A stretch of DNA of 64,000 nucleotides from Blastocatellia bacterium (GCA_035652435.1 DASRDU010000081.1:10511-74510); one strand, 5' to 3'. Positions 11,002 to 20,800 are shown, numbered from the stretch's first letter. Numbers and translations are program-made. The notes: generated by a model not told the origin, from the sequence alone.

Positions 11002-12759
11002 ATGGATGATCTGAGCAGGGAAGAACTGAACCAGTTGATGGCGATGTTTCGGCATCAGTCGCTGGAAATCCTCGACGGGATGAATCAGGACCTGCTGGCG
11101 CTCGAGGCCGGCGGCCTGAACGAGGAGGTCATCTGTCGCGTGCGCCGCGCGGCCCACACCATCAAGGGCGATGCGGCCTGCGTTGACCTGAACGGCGTGA
11201 CCGAAGTCGCGCACAAGATGGAGGACCTCTTCGATCAGGTCCTCTCGGACGTCCGGAAATTCAACCCCGAGATCGTGGACGTGATTCTGGCCGGGCTCGA
11301 CGCGATCAGGGCCGCGCTCGAAGGCGACGAGGTGCGGGACCTCGCGCCCGACGAGGTCGGCCGAATCTGCGCGCGCTTCAACGCGCCCGAGCTGCTCGCG
11401 CCGGAGCAGGGGGAGAACCCCGGAACCGCAGACCCGGAAGTAAGGTGCGGGGTCGTCGTCGAAGACGCGCCCGCGCCCGCCGCCAGTGTCAAAGCAGCAG
11501 CCGCGCGGCAGGATTACGTACGCGTGGACGCCGGGGTGATTGACGCGCTGATGAATCTGGCCGGCGAAATGATCATCGCCAGCTCGGTGATGAATCAGGT
11601 CGGAGTCGAAATCGCGGACGCGCTGCCGAAAAGTGACGTGGCCCGGAACTTCGGCGGCGTGCAGGCGCGCCTCAACAAGCTGATCGCCGAGCTGCAGAAG
11701 AGCGTGCTGGAAATGCGGATGGTCCCGATCAGCCAGCTCTTCCGCCGCTTCAATCGGTCAATGCGCGAGCTGGCCGGCGAGACGGGCAAACAGCTCGAGC
11801 TGGTCACCGCGGGCGAGGAGACGGAACTCGACCGCTCGGTCGTGGACCTGCTCTACGAGCCGCTCCTGCACCTGCTCCGCAACGCCGTGGATCACGGGCT
11901 CGAAACGACCGAGCAGCGCGTTGCCGCCGGCAAACCGGCCGCCGGCACGGTCAGGCTCGCGGCTTACCACGAAGGCAATCAGATCGTCGTCGAAGTCGCC
12001 GACGACGGGCGCGGGATTGACGTCGAGGCGCTCAGGGCGAAGGCGACCGCGACGGGCGAACTGAGCGCGAGCGAAAGTTCGGCGCTCCCTGACGACGAGG
12101 CGATGAACCTGATCTTCCTGCCGGGCCTCTCCACGGCGAAGGAGATCACTTTCGTCTCGGGCCGCGGCGTCGGGATGGCCGCCGTCAAGAGCGCGATCGA
12201 ACACCTGCGCGGCACGATCAACGTCCGGAGCGAGAAGGGCCGGGGCACCACTTTCACGCTGCGCCTGCCGCTCACGCTGGCCGTCATCAGGGCCCTGCTC
12301 TTTACCACGAGCGGGCGGCTCTACGCGCTGCCACTGCTCTCGACGAGCGAAATCTCGCAGACCACCGCCGACGCAATTCAGCACGTTGACGGGGTCGAGA
12401 CCTGGCGGCTGCGCGACCAGTGGGTCTCACTGATCAGGCCGGGCGTCGTGCTGAAACACGAGCGGCGCCGGGGCGGCAAAGGCGCGCGGCTGCGGCCGGC
12501 GGACGAGGCGATTTTCGTCGTCATGCTGAAGTCGGGAAACATGAGATTCGGGGTCATCGCCGACGAGGTACTCGGCGAGCAGGAACTGGTCATCAAGCCG
12601 CTCGACACCGAGTGGCTGCAGAGCGACGTCCTCGCCGGGGCCTCGGTGCTGGGCGACGGGCGGGTCGTCCTCATCCTCGACGCGAACATGCTGATTCGCA
12701 AGGCGGCCAGACACGAGCGCGACCGGGCCGCCGGGATCGGAATTTATACCACGGGCTGA
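11002..12759 (+). CDS. cheA: Chemotaxis histidine kinase CheA (Hpt, dimerisation, HATPase, CheW-like; no evident P2 domain)
   Basis: Hpt phospho-His box AAHTIKGDAA. Also DYVRVDAGVIDALMNLAGE, N-box LLRNAVDHG, G-boxes DDGRGID and GRGVGMAAV, and a C-terminal CheW-like domain. Only a ~50-aa linker separates Hpt from P3. Confidence 0.93.
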   Translation: MDDLSREELNQLMAMFRHQSLEILDGMNQDLLALEAGGLNEEVICRVRRAAHTIKGDAACVDLNGVTEVAHKMEDLFDQVLSDVRKFNPEIVDVILAGLDAIRAALEGDEVRDLAPDEVGRICARFNAPELLAPEQGENPGTADPEVRCGVVVEDAPAPAASVKAAAARQDYVRVDAGVIDALMNLAGEMIIASSVMNQVGVEIADALPKSDVARNFGGVQARLNKLIAELQKSVLEMRMVPISQLFRRFNRSMRELAGETGKQLELVTAGEETELDRSVVDLLYEPLLHLLRNAVDHGLETTEQRVAAGKPAAGTVRLAAYHEGNQIVVEVADDGRGIDVEALRAKATATGELSASESSALPDDEAMNLIFLPGLSTAKEITFVSGRGVGMAAVKSAIEHLRGTINVRSEKGRGTTFTLRLPLTLAVIRALLFTTSGRLYALPLLSTSEISQTTADAIQHVDGVETWRLRDQWVSLIRPGVVLKHERRRGGKGARLRPADEAIFVVMLKSGNMRFGVIADEVLGEQELVIKPLDTEWLQSDVLAGASVLGDGRVVLILDANMLIRKAARHERDRAAGIGIYTTG

Positions 12760-12772
12760 AATCGGGCTGACA

Positions 12773-13873
12773 ATGGCTACAGAGACTGACCAGATGCAGA
12801 CAAATACGAAGCCCATCAGAGTGCTGGTGGTTGATGACTCGGCCGTCATGCGCAAGCTGATCAGCAACCTGCTGGAGAAGGATGACGAGATCACCGTCGT
12901 GGCGACGGCGATGGACGGCATCTTCGCGCTCGCCAAGCTGGAGCAGTTCCGCCCCGACGTCGTCACGCTCGACGTTGATATGCCGAGGGCCGACGGCCTG
13001 AGCATCCTCAGGCAGATTGTCGCCCAGTCGGCCGTGCCGGTCGTGATGCTGAGTTCGCTGACCGCGACCGGCGCGCGGACGGCGATGGAGGCGCTCGAAA
13101 TCGGGGCCGTTGACGTCGTCTGCAAGCCGAAGACCGCCGCCCGGATCGGCGAGGTCGCGAAAGAACTGATCGAGAAGGTCAAGGCCGCCACGCACGGCCG
13201 CATCCGGCAGGGCGAGGGCGTCGCGGTCAGGCCGGGTGAAGGCGCGCGGGCGAGGGCGAGCGGCCGGGAGGTGAAGATCGTCGCCGTCGGCGCTTCCTCC
13301 GGCGGGCCGCATGCGCTGCGGCAGTGGCTGCCGCAGATCCCGGCCGACTTCCCGTGCCCCATCGTTATTGCTCAGCACCTGCCGGAAACCTTCACGACGA
13401 CCTTCGCGAAGTGGCTCGATGAAATCTGTCAGATCGAAGTGCGCGAGGCGAAGGCCGGCGACCCGGTCGTGCCCGGCTGCGCGCTGATCGCGCCCGGCGA
13501 CGCGCATTTAACAGTCAGAAGAAAGGCGGCGGGCGTCGAGGCCGTGCTTGACCGGAGCGGCCTGGTCAACGGCCACATGCCTTCGGTCGAAGTCCTCTTC
13601 CGCTCCGTCGCGGCCGAGTACGGGAGCGAGGCGGTGGCGCTGATTATGACCGGGATGGGCGACGACGGGGCCGAGGGCGTCGGCGAAATCAAGCGCCGCG
13701 GGGGGCACACCATCGCCCAGGATGAAGAGAGTTGCATGATTTTCGGCATGCCCAAAGTGGCAATCAGAAGAGGCTACGTGGATCAGGTCATCCCGCTCAA
13801 CCGGATCGCGGAGTATCTGGTCGCCACAGTCGGACTGACCACCAAAGCGGAGATACGCGGCAATGCAAAATGA
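12773..13873 (+). CDS. cheB: Chemotaxis response regulator protein-glutamate methylesterase CheB
   Basis: Receiver (VLVVDDSAVMR, DVVTLDVDMP) plus esterase motifs GASSGGPHAL, GMGDDGA, AQDEESCMIFGMP. Confidence 0.93.
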   Translation: MATETDQMQTNTKPIRVLVVDDSAVMRKLISNLLEKDDEITVVATAMDGIFALAKLEQFRPDVVTLDVDMPRADGLSILRQIVAQSAVPVVMLSSLTATGARTAMEALEIGAVDVVCKPKTAARIGEVAKELIEKVKAATHGRIRQGEGVAVRPGEGARARASGREVKIVAVGASSGGPHALRQWLPQIPADFPCPIVIAQHLPETFTTTFAKWLDEICQIEVREAKAGDPVVPGCALIAPGDAHLTVRRKAAGVEAVLDRSGLVNGHMPSVEVLFRSVAAEYGSEAVALIMTGMGDDGAEGVGEIKRRGGHTIAQDEESCMIFGMPKVAIRRGYVDQVIPLNRIAEYLVATVGLTTKAEIRGNAK

Positions 13874-14297
13874 AATGAATAACGAAAAAAGCAAACCTGT
13901 GACCGAAACCGGGCCGCTCAATTGTCTGATCGTGGATGATTCGGCCTTCGCCCGCCAGCGGCTGAAAAAACTCATGGAGAAGCTCATGGAGATGCGTGAC
14001 TGCATCGCCAATGAGGCGGCCACGGGGCGCGAAGCGATCCAGGCTTACCAGCGCTTCAAGCCCGATCTGGTGCTGATGGACATCGTCATGCCCGATCTGG
14101 AAGGCGTCGAGGCGGTGCGCCTGATCTGCGAGACGGACCCCGGGGCCCGCGTCATTATGATGAGTTCGCTCAGTTACCAGGACAAGGTGGCCGAAGCGAT
14201 GGCCGCCGGCGCGCGGGATTTCATCCCCAAGCCGGTGACCGGCGATCAGCTGCGCGAGGCCATCAACCGGGTCCTGCAGTTACCGGCTGAAGTCTGA
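13863..14297 (+). CDS. cheY: CheY-like single-domain response regulator
   Basis: CLIVDDSAFAR, DLVLMDIVMPDLEG, MMSSL, FIPKP. Overlaps the cheB stop by 11 nt. Confidence 0.88.
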   Translation: MQNEMNNEKSKPVTETGPLNCLIVDDSAFARQRLKKLMEKLMEMRDCIANEAATGREAIQAYQRFKPDLVLMDIVMPDLEGVEAVRLICETDPGARVIMMSSLSYQDKVAEAMAAGARDFIPKPVTGDQLREAINRVLQLPAEV

Positions 14298-14423
14298 AAC
14301 AGAGGGAGTTCGGCCTCCGGGCGCGCGCGCGATCTGCCGGGTCGCCGGGGCCCTTTCGCCGGCGCTCCCGTCGTTTGCAGGCGCGTGCGATCCGGCAGGT
14401 CGCGCTGCACCTCCGGAGAAGAC

Positions 14424-14888
14424 ATGCGACTGGATTTCGTCAAAATCTACCTTGATTCAATCACCGACATGCTGCGCCAGGTCATTGACCCCGAGGCCGA
14501 AGTGAGCGGGATGCGCATCGAACCCGACCCGGTCACGGGCGGCGAAGTGATGGCCATCATCGGGCTGATGGGCGAGGCCGAGGGCAAAGTGATCTTCGAT
14601 CTGGAGCGACAGACCGCGATCCGCGTGGCCGGCCACATGATGGAAGAGCCGCTCACGGAACTCAACGCCGTGGCCCGCTCGGCTTTGGCCGAACTCGCCT
14701 CGATGGCGACCGGCAAGGCGCTCTCCGACATCAACGACTCGGGCACCCGCCTGCACATGAGCCCGCCGCTCGTGATCAGCGGGAGCAGTCTGGAAAGTTA
14801 CGATCAAAGCCTCGAAACGCTGGTCGTGCCGGTGGACACGGCCTGCGGCGAGATTCGCATCAACATCACCGTCCGGGATCTGAAATGA
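14424..14888 (+). CDS. cheX: CheX/CheC-family CheY-P phosphatase-like protein with non-canonical active-site motif
   Basis: CheC/CheX/FliY signature D/S-x3-E-x2-N-x22-P is present as S-ALA-E-LA-S-x22-P, with Ser in place of Asn. ATG at 14424 is preceded by GGAG. The track ORF opens further upstream at 14385. Confidence 0.7.
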   Translation: MRLDFVKIYLDSITDMLRQVIDPEAEVSGMRIEPDPVTGGEVMAIIGLMGEAEGKVIFDLERQTAIRVAGHMMEEPLTELNAVARSALAELASMATGKALSDINDSGTRLHMSPPLVISGSSLESYDQSLETLVVPVDTACGEIRINITVRDLK

Positions 14889-14900
14889 GGGAAAACAACC

Positions 14901-15719
14901 ATGGCAGGGAAAGCTGAAGACATACTGAGTCAGTCCGCGAAGAGCGAAGAGTTGCAGGAAATGTTCCAGAAGAGCAAGGCCTTCGCGCAGGAGCTGATGG
15001 CCGAAAACCAGCGGCTGCGCTACCGCGTCGTGCAGCTCGAAAAAGAGGGCATGGAGCTGCCCGTCAAGGTGACCGCGGAGACCGGGCAGTTGCGCGAGGA
15101 GAACAAACGCCTCGCCGAGCAGGTGGCCTTTCTCGAGAAGAAGTTCACCGAGATCGAGGAGGAGAACAAGGATTTCGCCATGCGCTTCGTCGAAGTCGAG
15201 GCGCAGAACGAGAACCTGCTGAACCTCTACGTCGCCAGCTTCCAGCTCCACTCGACGCTCGACCAGGCCGAGGTGCTGCAATGCATCAAGGAGATTCTGA
15301 TCAACCTGGTCGGGACCGAGGAGTTCGGCATCTACCTGGTTGACGAGGAGTCGAGTGACCTGCTGCTGCACGGCTTCGAGGGCGAACTCGTGATCGGGCG
15401 CGGGCGCATCACGTGCGGCGAGGGCGTCGAAGGGATGGTGGCCGCCAAGGGCGAGGCGTATTACTCGGACGGCGTCGGCACGGAGGGCGAGGTCTGCGTC
15501 TGCATCCCGCTCAAGATCAAGGAGCATGTCGTCGGCGTCATCGCGATTCACCGGCTGCTCGGGCACAAGGCCACACTGACGGCGCTCGACCACGAGCTGC
15601 TGCAGCTGCTGGCCGGGCAGGCGGCGACGGCGCTCGTGAGTTCGAAACTCTACGCCAGCGCCGACCGCAAGCTGAAAACGATGGAAGGTTTTATCAACCT
15701 CCTGCGCGCCACCAAATGA
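14901..15719 (+). CDS. Coiled-coil plus GAF domain protein
   Basis: About 110 aa of heptad-like sequence (ELMAENQRLRYRVVQLEKE, LREENKRLAEQVAFLEKKFTEIEEENK). It is followed by a GAF-like core (EVLQCIKEILINLVGTEEFGIYLVDEE ... CIPLKIKEHVVGVIAIHRLL ... LLQLLAGQAATAL). Confidence 0.8.
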   Translation: MAGKAEDILSQSAKSEELQEMFQKSKAFAQELMAENQRLRYRVVQLEKEGMELPVKVTAETGQLREENKRLAEQVAFLEKKFTEIEEENKDFAMRFVEVEAQNENLLNLYVASFQLHSTLDQAEVLQCIKEILINLVGTEEFGIYLVDEESSDLLLHGFEGELVIGRGRITCGEGVEGMVAAKGEAYYSDGVGTEGEVCVCIPLKIKEHVVGVIAIHRLLGHKATLTALDHELLQLLAGQAATALVSSKLYASADRKLKTMEGFINLLRATK

Positions 15720-15768
15720 TGACGGGCCCGAGTGGCCCGCCACACTTCCTTTTACAGGAGACACGGGA

Positions 15769-16155
15769 ATGAGTGAGATGTCTTTACTGATCGTTGACGA
15801 TTCCTCGACCTTCAGGCAACTGCTCAGCATGAGTCTGGCCAAACTCGACGGGATCAGTGAGCAGAGCATCGTCCAGGCCGAGAACGGGGCCGAGGCGCTC
15901 GAGAAGGTGCGGACGGGCAACTTCAGCCTCGTCCTGACCGACATCAACATGCCGCAGATGACCGGACTCGAACTGGTTCAGAAAGTCCGCCAGGAGCTGA
16001 ACCGCGCCGACCTGCCGATCATCATCATCAGCACCAAGGGTTCGGAGGCCGAAGTCGAGCGGGGCATGCAGCTCGGCGCGAGCGGGTATTTGTCCAAGCC
16101 GATTTCAGTCAATCAGCTGCGCGACCTGGTGACCGGCTTCCTGAAAGATAAATAG
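15769..16155 (+). CDS. Single-domain response regulator (second CheY-like receiver)
   Basis: LLIVDDSSTFR, LVLTDINMPQMTGLELV, IIIISTKG, YLSKP. Confidence 0.88.
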   Translation: MSEMSLLIVDDSSTFRQLLSMSLAKLDGISEQSIVQAENGAEALEKVRTGNFSLVLTDINMPQMTGLELVQKVRQELNRADLPIIIISTKGSEAEVERGMQLGASGYLSKPISVNQLRDLVTGFLKDK

Positions 16156-16178
16156 CAGCGAAAGACCACAGAGGGGCT

Positions 16179-17264
16179 ATGGATCATCTGTCTGGAAATC
16201 TCAGCGATTTCGCGCTCCCCGACATCCTGCAAATTCTGGCGCTCTGTCAGAAGACTGGCGTCCTGTCGCTCGAAGACACGGATTACGCCGGAAAGATCAT
16301 GGTCGAGCGCGGGCGCATCACTTACGCCTCATCCTCCCGTTGCGAAAGTCTGGCCGACCGCCTCTCGCGCGAGCAGACGGGCCAGAACGGGCATCAGCGC
16401 TTCCCCGGTGCCGCCTCGGCCGCCGGAGTCGGCACGCTGACGGACGTCGAATGGATCGCCGGCCAGCACTTCCGCGCCGTCGTCGCGTGGCTGGTCACGA
16501 GGGAAAAAGGGCGCTTCTGGATTGACGTCAATCAGGAGTCCATCACTTATCCGCCCGGCGAGTTCCGGCTGAAGGACGGTCTGGACATTGCCGAAGTCCT
16601 GCTCGAAGCCGCCAAGGAGTCCGATGAGGAAGACCGCGTAGAGGAGACCGACGAGACCGAGAGCGACGGCGATGAAGTCAATCATCTCTTCGCGCCGGGG
16701 CACGCCGGCGCGGTCACCGAGCCGGTGGACCCGGCCCTGCTCAATCAGGTGCATTCGGACCTGCTCTATTCCTACCTCGCCGAGCTGCGGTCAGTCTCAT
16801 TCGAGGCCGAGGCGAGCCTGCTCGTGATGCGTTTCGCCAGCGAGATCGCGGGCCGCGGCGTGCTGTTCTGGGCGCATGAAAATGAGCTGCGCGGCCTCGG
16901 GCAGTTCGGGTTCAAATCCGAACTGAACCGGAACGTGGACGAGGAGGTGCGCAGCCTGCGGATCGCCATCCCGAATAACAGCATCCTCAGCCAGGTCGTC
17001 ATGACGGGCAAGCCTTACATCGGGCCGATGCTCGAAGACGCGTGGCGCACGACGCTGCTCAACCGCCTGGGCATCGAGATCAGGGACTGCTCCGGCTTCG
17101 TCATTTCGATCAGCTGCGGCGTGCGCGTCAGGTTCATCGTTTACGGCGACGACCATGCCGGGGCGAGGGAGATCACAGGCGTCAATGAATTGATGATCCT
17201 CGCCGACCAGGCCGGTCTGGTGCTGGAAAAACTCAGGCTCGAACAGATGCTCATCAGCCATTAA
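16179..17264 (+). CDS. DUF4388 (PATAN-like) domain protein with acidic linker and GAF-like C-terminal half
   Basis: N-terminal LSGNLSDFALPDILQILALCQKTGVLSL is the DUF4388 signature. The C-terminal half (LLVMRFASEIAGRGVLFWAHENELRGLGQFG) is only loosely GAF-like. Confidence 0.75.
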   Translation: MDHLSGNLSDFALPDILQILALCQKTGVLSLEDTDYAGKIMVERGRITYASSSRCESLADRLSREQTGQNGHQRFPGAASAAGVGTLTDVEWIAGQHFRAVVAWLVTREKGRFWIDVNQESITYPPGEFRLKDGLDIAEVLLEAAKESDEEDRVEETDETESDGDEVNHLFAPGHAGAVTEPVDPALLNQVHSDLLYSYLAELRSVSFEAEASLLVMRFASEIAGRGVLFWAHENELRGLGQFGFKSELNRNVDEEVRSLRIAIPNNSILSQVVMTGKPYIGPMLEDAWRTTLLNRLGIEIRDCSGFVISISCGVRVRFIVYGDDHAGAREITGVNELMILADQAGLVLEKLRLEQMLISH

Positions 17265-17714
17265 CGACCGGGGCGCGGCCGGACGCTGTCCGGCTCATTC
17301 CCGGCCATCGAGACGCTTCAGCCCGACGGGCAGGCTGAGGCAAAATCCCGGCCGCCGATGGAACAACAGAATGAGGGTTGCGGCCTGCGAGTCGCCGTGC
17401 GGCCTCTGCCGTGGAAACTCGCCACCAGGATTCCCTCTCATCTTCGGATTGCCTGGCGCACGCTACCCCTGCTTGAGGAGTATTCAGGCGCAATCATCCC
17501 CACCCGTAACATTCAGGGCGGCAGTCTTATCTCTTCGTCTGCGCCCGGTCAATCTTTCAGTGTCACAGTCAGTAAATGAGTTGCCCGGAAGCCGCGCCTC
17601 CACCATACTGTGCCCGGCGCCGTGAGCGGTGAGTTCCAGACTATCTTCCTGCATCTGATCCGATTCAGATCAATACCACGCAAAGCGTAAGTGTGCCGGA
17701 CAGGCGAACGAGGA

Positions 17715-17768
17715 TTTCGGAAAATTTCGTCGTTTGTTCGTTACTTCGCTGGCAGGCTTCTCTATAGT
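17715..17768 (+). promoter_or_regulatory. Copy 3 of the conserved ~35-bp element (TTTCGGAAAATTTCGTCGTTTGTTCGTTACTTCGC) followed by TATAGT
   Basis: TTCG half-sites start at 17716, 17726, 17737 and 17745 (spacing 10, 11, 8). TTACTT (17741-46), a 16-nt spacer, then TATAGT (17763-68). Lies 82 nt upstream of the giant-protein ATG at 17850. Confidence 0.6.
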
Positions 17769-17849
17769 TTTGCCCGTCACCGAACGAAATCCGATGGAAC
17801 CGATCCACCAGTTCTGCCGGGAGCCACTTTCCCTGAGATGAGAGAGGTC

Positions 17850-20800
17850 ATGAAGAAATATCTGTTTGCCCCCCTTCAGACATTGATTACCGATTCTTTC
17901 TGCCGCTGCCTGATCGTGGCTGCGATTTTGCTCGCGGCAGCCTCATTCAGCCACAGTTCATCTTCCGCCTCGGCGCGCCCGGGCGACAACCCCATCCCGG
18001 TCACGACCGTCTCCGCGGCCAGCTATGAGACCGGGGCCATCGCACCCGGCGCGATTGTCGCCTCGTTCGGCACGCTGCTGGCCACGCGCCTTGAGGTCGC
18101 GAGCAGCCTGCCGCTGCCGACCACGCTGGCGGGGACGACGGTCAGGATTAAAGACAGCGCCGGAGTCGAACGGCCGGCGCCGCTCTTCTTCGTCTCCGCG
18201 GGGCAGATCAACCTGGTGGTTCCAGTGGACACGGCCACCGGCACGGCGACGGTGACCGTGCGATCCGAGGACGGCACGGCCTCGACCGGGACGATGGAAG
18301 TCAAACCGGTCGGGATCTCGGTCTTCACAGCCAACTCGGACGGGCAGGGCGTCCCGGCGGCCTCCGCCCTGCGCATCAAGGCTGATGGCACACAGATTTT
18401 TGAAGAGATCTTGCAGTTTGACGCGACGCTCGGGCGCCGGCGGACGAAAGCGATTGATCTCGGGCCGGAGGCGGAACGCGTCTTCCTGATCCTTTACCTG
18501 ACCGGCATCCGCCGCGCGCCCGACCCGAATGGTGATGGCAACAGTAATGAGTCGGTGCATCTGGTCGTCGGCGGCACTGAACTCGTTCCGGCTTACGCCG
18601 GGGCGCAGGGGATTTTCGCCGGGCTGGATCAGATCAATGCCGAAATCCCGCGCAGCCTGCTCGGGCGCGGGCGAATCAATCTCACCGTCACCGGGCCGGC
18701 TGCGTCCTCCAACCCCACGGAGATCGAGATCGGCCCACCGGCGGGCGGCGCGCGGCCCGTGGTGAGCAGTTTCAGCACCGGGACGGCGCTGGCCGGGCAG
18801 ACGCTCGGCATCAACGGCAGCGGCTTTGCTACGGCGGCGGCCGGCAATCTGGTGCGGATCGGCGGGAACGAGGCGCGCGTGACTGCAGCCGCGGCCACTC
18901 AGCTTTCAGTCATCATCCCCTTCGGCGCGGAGAGCGGCCCGGTCAGCGTGCGGACGGGGCAGGGCGAGGGGATGAGCGCGGGCGCGCTCGCCGTGCGGAC
19001 TTCGATCAGCGGAGTCGTCGAAAATACCGCGCGCCAGCCGATGCCCGGAATCGGGGTGAAAGTGACCGGGACCGCCATCACCGCCACGTCCAATAACGAA
19101 GGCACTTTTATTCTCCCCGACGTTCCGGCGGGGGCCGCCATTGTCGAGATTGACGGGACGAACCTTGGCGTAGTGCCGCCGTACCCGAAGGTCACCCTCA
19201 AGACAATCGTGAATGCTCAGCGCGATAATCCCTTTCAGCGCCCGATTGCGATCCAGCAGGCCATCGGGCCGGGACTCCTCGTGGGATCGCCCGGCGACTC
19301 ACCGGAAAAACCCGGCTCCCCGGAACAGCCTTCACGCGTCGAGGCCACGAGCGGACTCGTGCGGTCCGGCAGCGTCATCTTCGAAGTCCCTGACAATGCT
19401 AAAGCGGTCTTCCCCGGCGGCGCGACCAGCGGCGTTGTGACCCTCACCATCGTCGAGAACAGCCGGACGCCCGCGCCATTACCATCAGGTCAGTTCAGTT
19501 CGACGATTGTCCAGCTCACCCCGTTCGGTGTGAAGCTGACCCCCGGCGGTAAACTGACTTTCCCGAACAGCGACGGCTATCCGGCAGGCACGCAGGCGAA
19601 GCTTTTCCGCTTCGACCAGACTCCCGGCTCGCCGACCATCGGCAGCTTCATTGAAGCCGGGACGGCCGCCGTCTCGGGCGACGGGCAGCGGATTGAAACA
19701 TCCGCCGGGGCGATCACTGAAACCAGCTACTACTTCGCTTCAATCCCGCGCCAGACGACTACCGTGGCGGGGCGCGTCGTGGACAGCGACGGCGCGACGC
19801 CGGTGCGGCTGGCATTCGTGCGCGTGCGCGGGCAGGAGACATTCACCGACGGCAACGGCGGATTCACTCTGCGCAACGTGCCGTTGAATTCGGCGAATGA
19901 GGGCATCACGGTTGAGGCGAGCTTCGTGCGGCCGGGTGGCCGGGTGGACCGCGTCCAGCGGAGCGGCGTCCCGGTCGTCATAAACGGACTGACGAAGGTC
20001 ACGCCCGATCTGGTGCTGACGGCGCCGAGCAGCAACCGCCCGCCCGTCATCCTCGCCCCATCAAGCGCCGTCGTCACGCGGGGCGAGACGCGCGACTTCA
20101 AAATCGTCATTAGTGACCCCGACGGTGATCAGACGGGGCAGGTGACGACGAGTGGCGCATCGTTCGCAGTCGTCAGCAGCGTGGCTCCGTCCGGCACTTA
20201 CAACCTGCGACTCACGCCCGGCGCGAATGACGCGGGCAATTACAACCTGGGCATCAACGTGGCGGACAGCCTCGGCGCGAACACGACGCAATTCATCGCC
20301 GTCAGGGTCAATCGTGCGCCCGTCGCGAGCGCGCAGACAGTGAGCCTTGGCGCGGGCGCGCCCAAAGCGATTACGCTTGCGGCGAGCGACCAGGACGGTG
20401 ACCCGTTGCAATTCATCATCACGGGCAATCCGACAGGCGGCGTTCTGAGTGGCACCGCGCCCAACCTCATCTACACCCCGAACCCAGGTTTCAGCGGCGG
20501 CGACAGCTTCACTTTCAAGGTCAATGACAACGTGATTGACAGCGGCGCGGCGACCGTCACGATCAACGTCACGGCGCCGGGCACGGTGCTGCGCACGCTC
20601 GTCCATCACCAGATCACTTCGTTCGCGGGCAATTTCAACACCGGCACCGGCCAGGCCCCGGTTCTGAGCGCCAACGGCAATCGCGCCGTCTACGCCATGG
20701 CGCCGGGGACGGAGGACCCGGCCAATCCCAACCGCATCTTCGTCATCAACGCCGACGGCACGGGCGTGCAGCAGGTGGACTCCTACACCACGCTCTGCTT

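Noticed and set aside
17454-17474. TGGCGC...TGCTT, resembling a sigma54 -24/-12 promoter.
   Set aside because: The GG and GC dinucleotides are about 4 nt too far apart compared with the TGGCAC-N5-TTGC consensus.
17371-17625. 84-aa and 73-aa plus-strand ORFs in the gap between the che cluster and G1. They were considered as a possible third S-type small gene.
   Set aside because: They show no similarity to S1/S2 (no CPVC, no AAEVLEID) and have no RBS. They also lie upstream of the cis element rather than downstream of it.
17568-17654. Short minus-strand ORF (ATGCAG..., 28 codons) 61 nt from cis-element copy 3. It might be a relic of a third R-type regulator, since R1 also starts ATGCAG.
   Set aside because: Beyond the first two codons, I found no convincing protein or DNA similarity to R1 or R2 by eye. 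It is too short to evaluate without an alignment tool.
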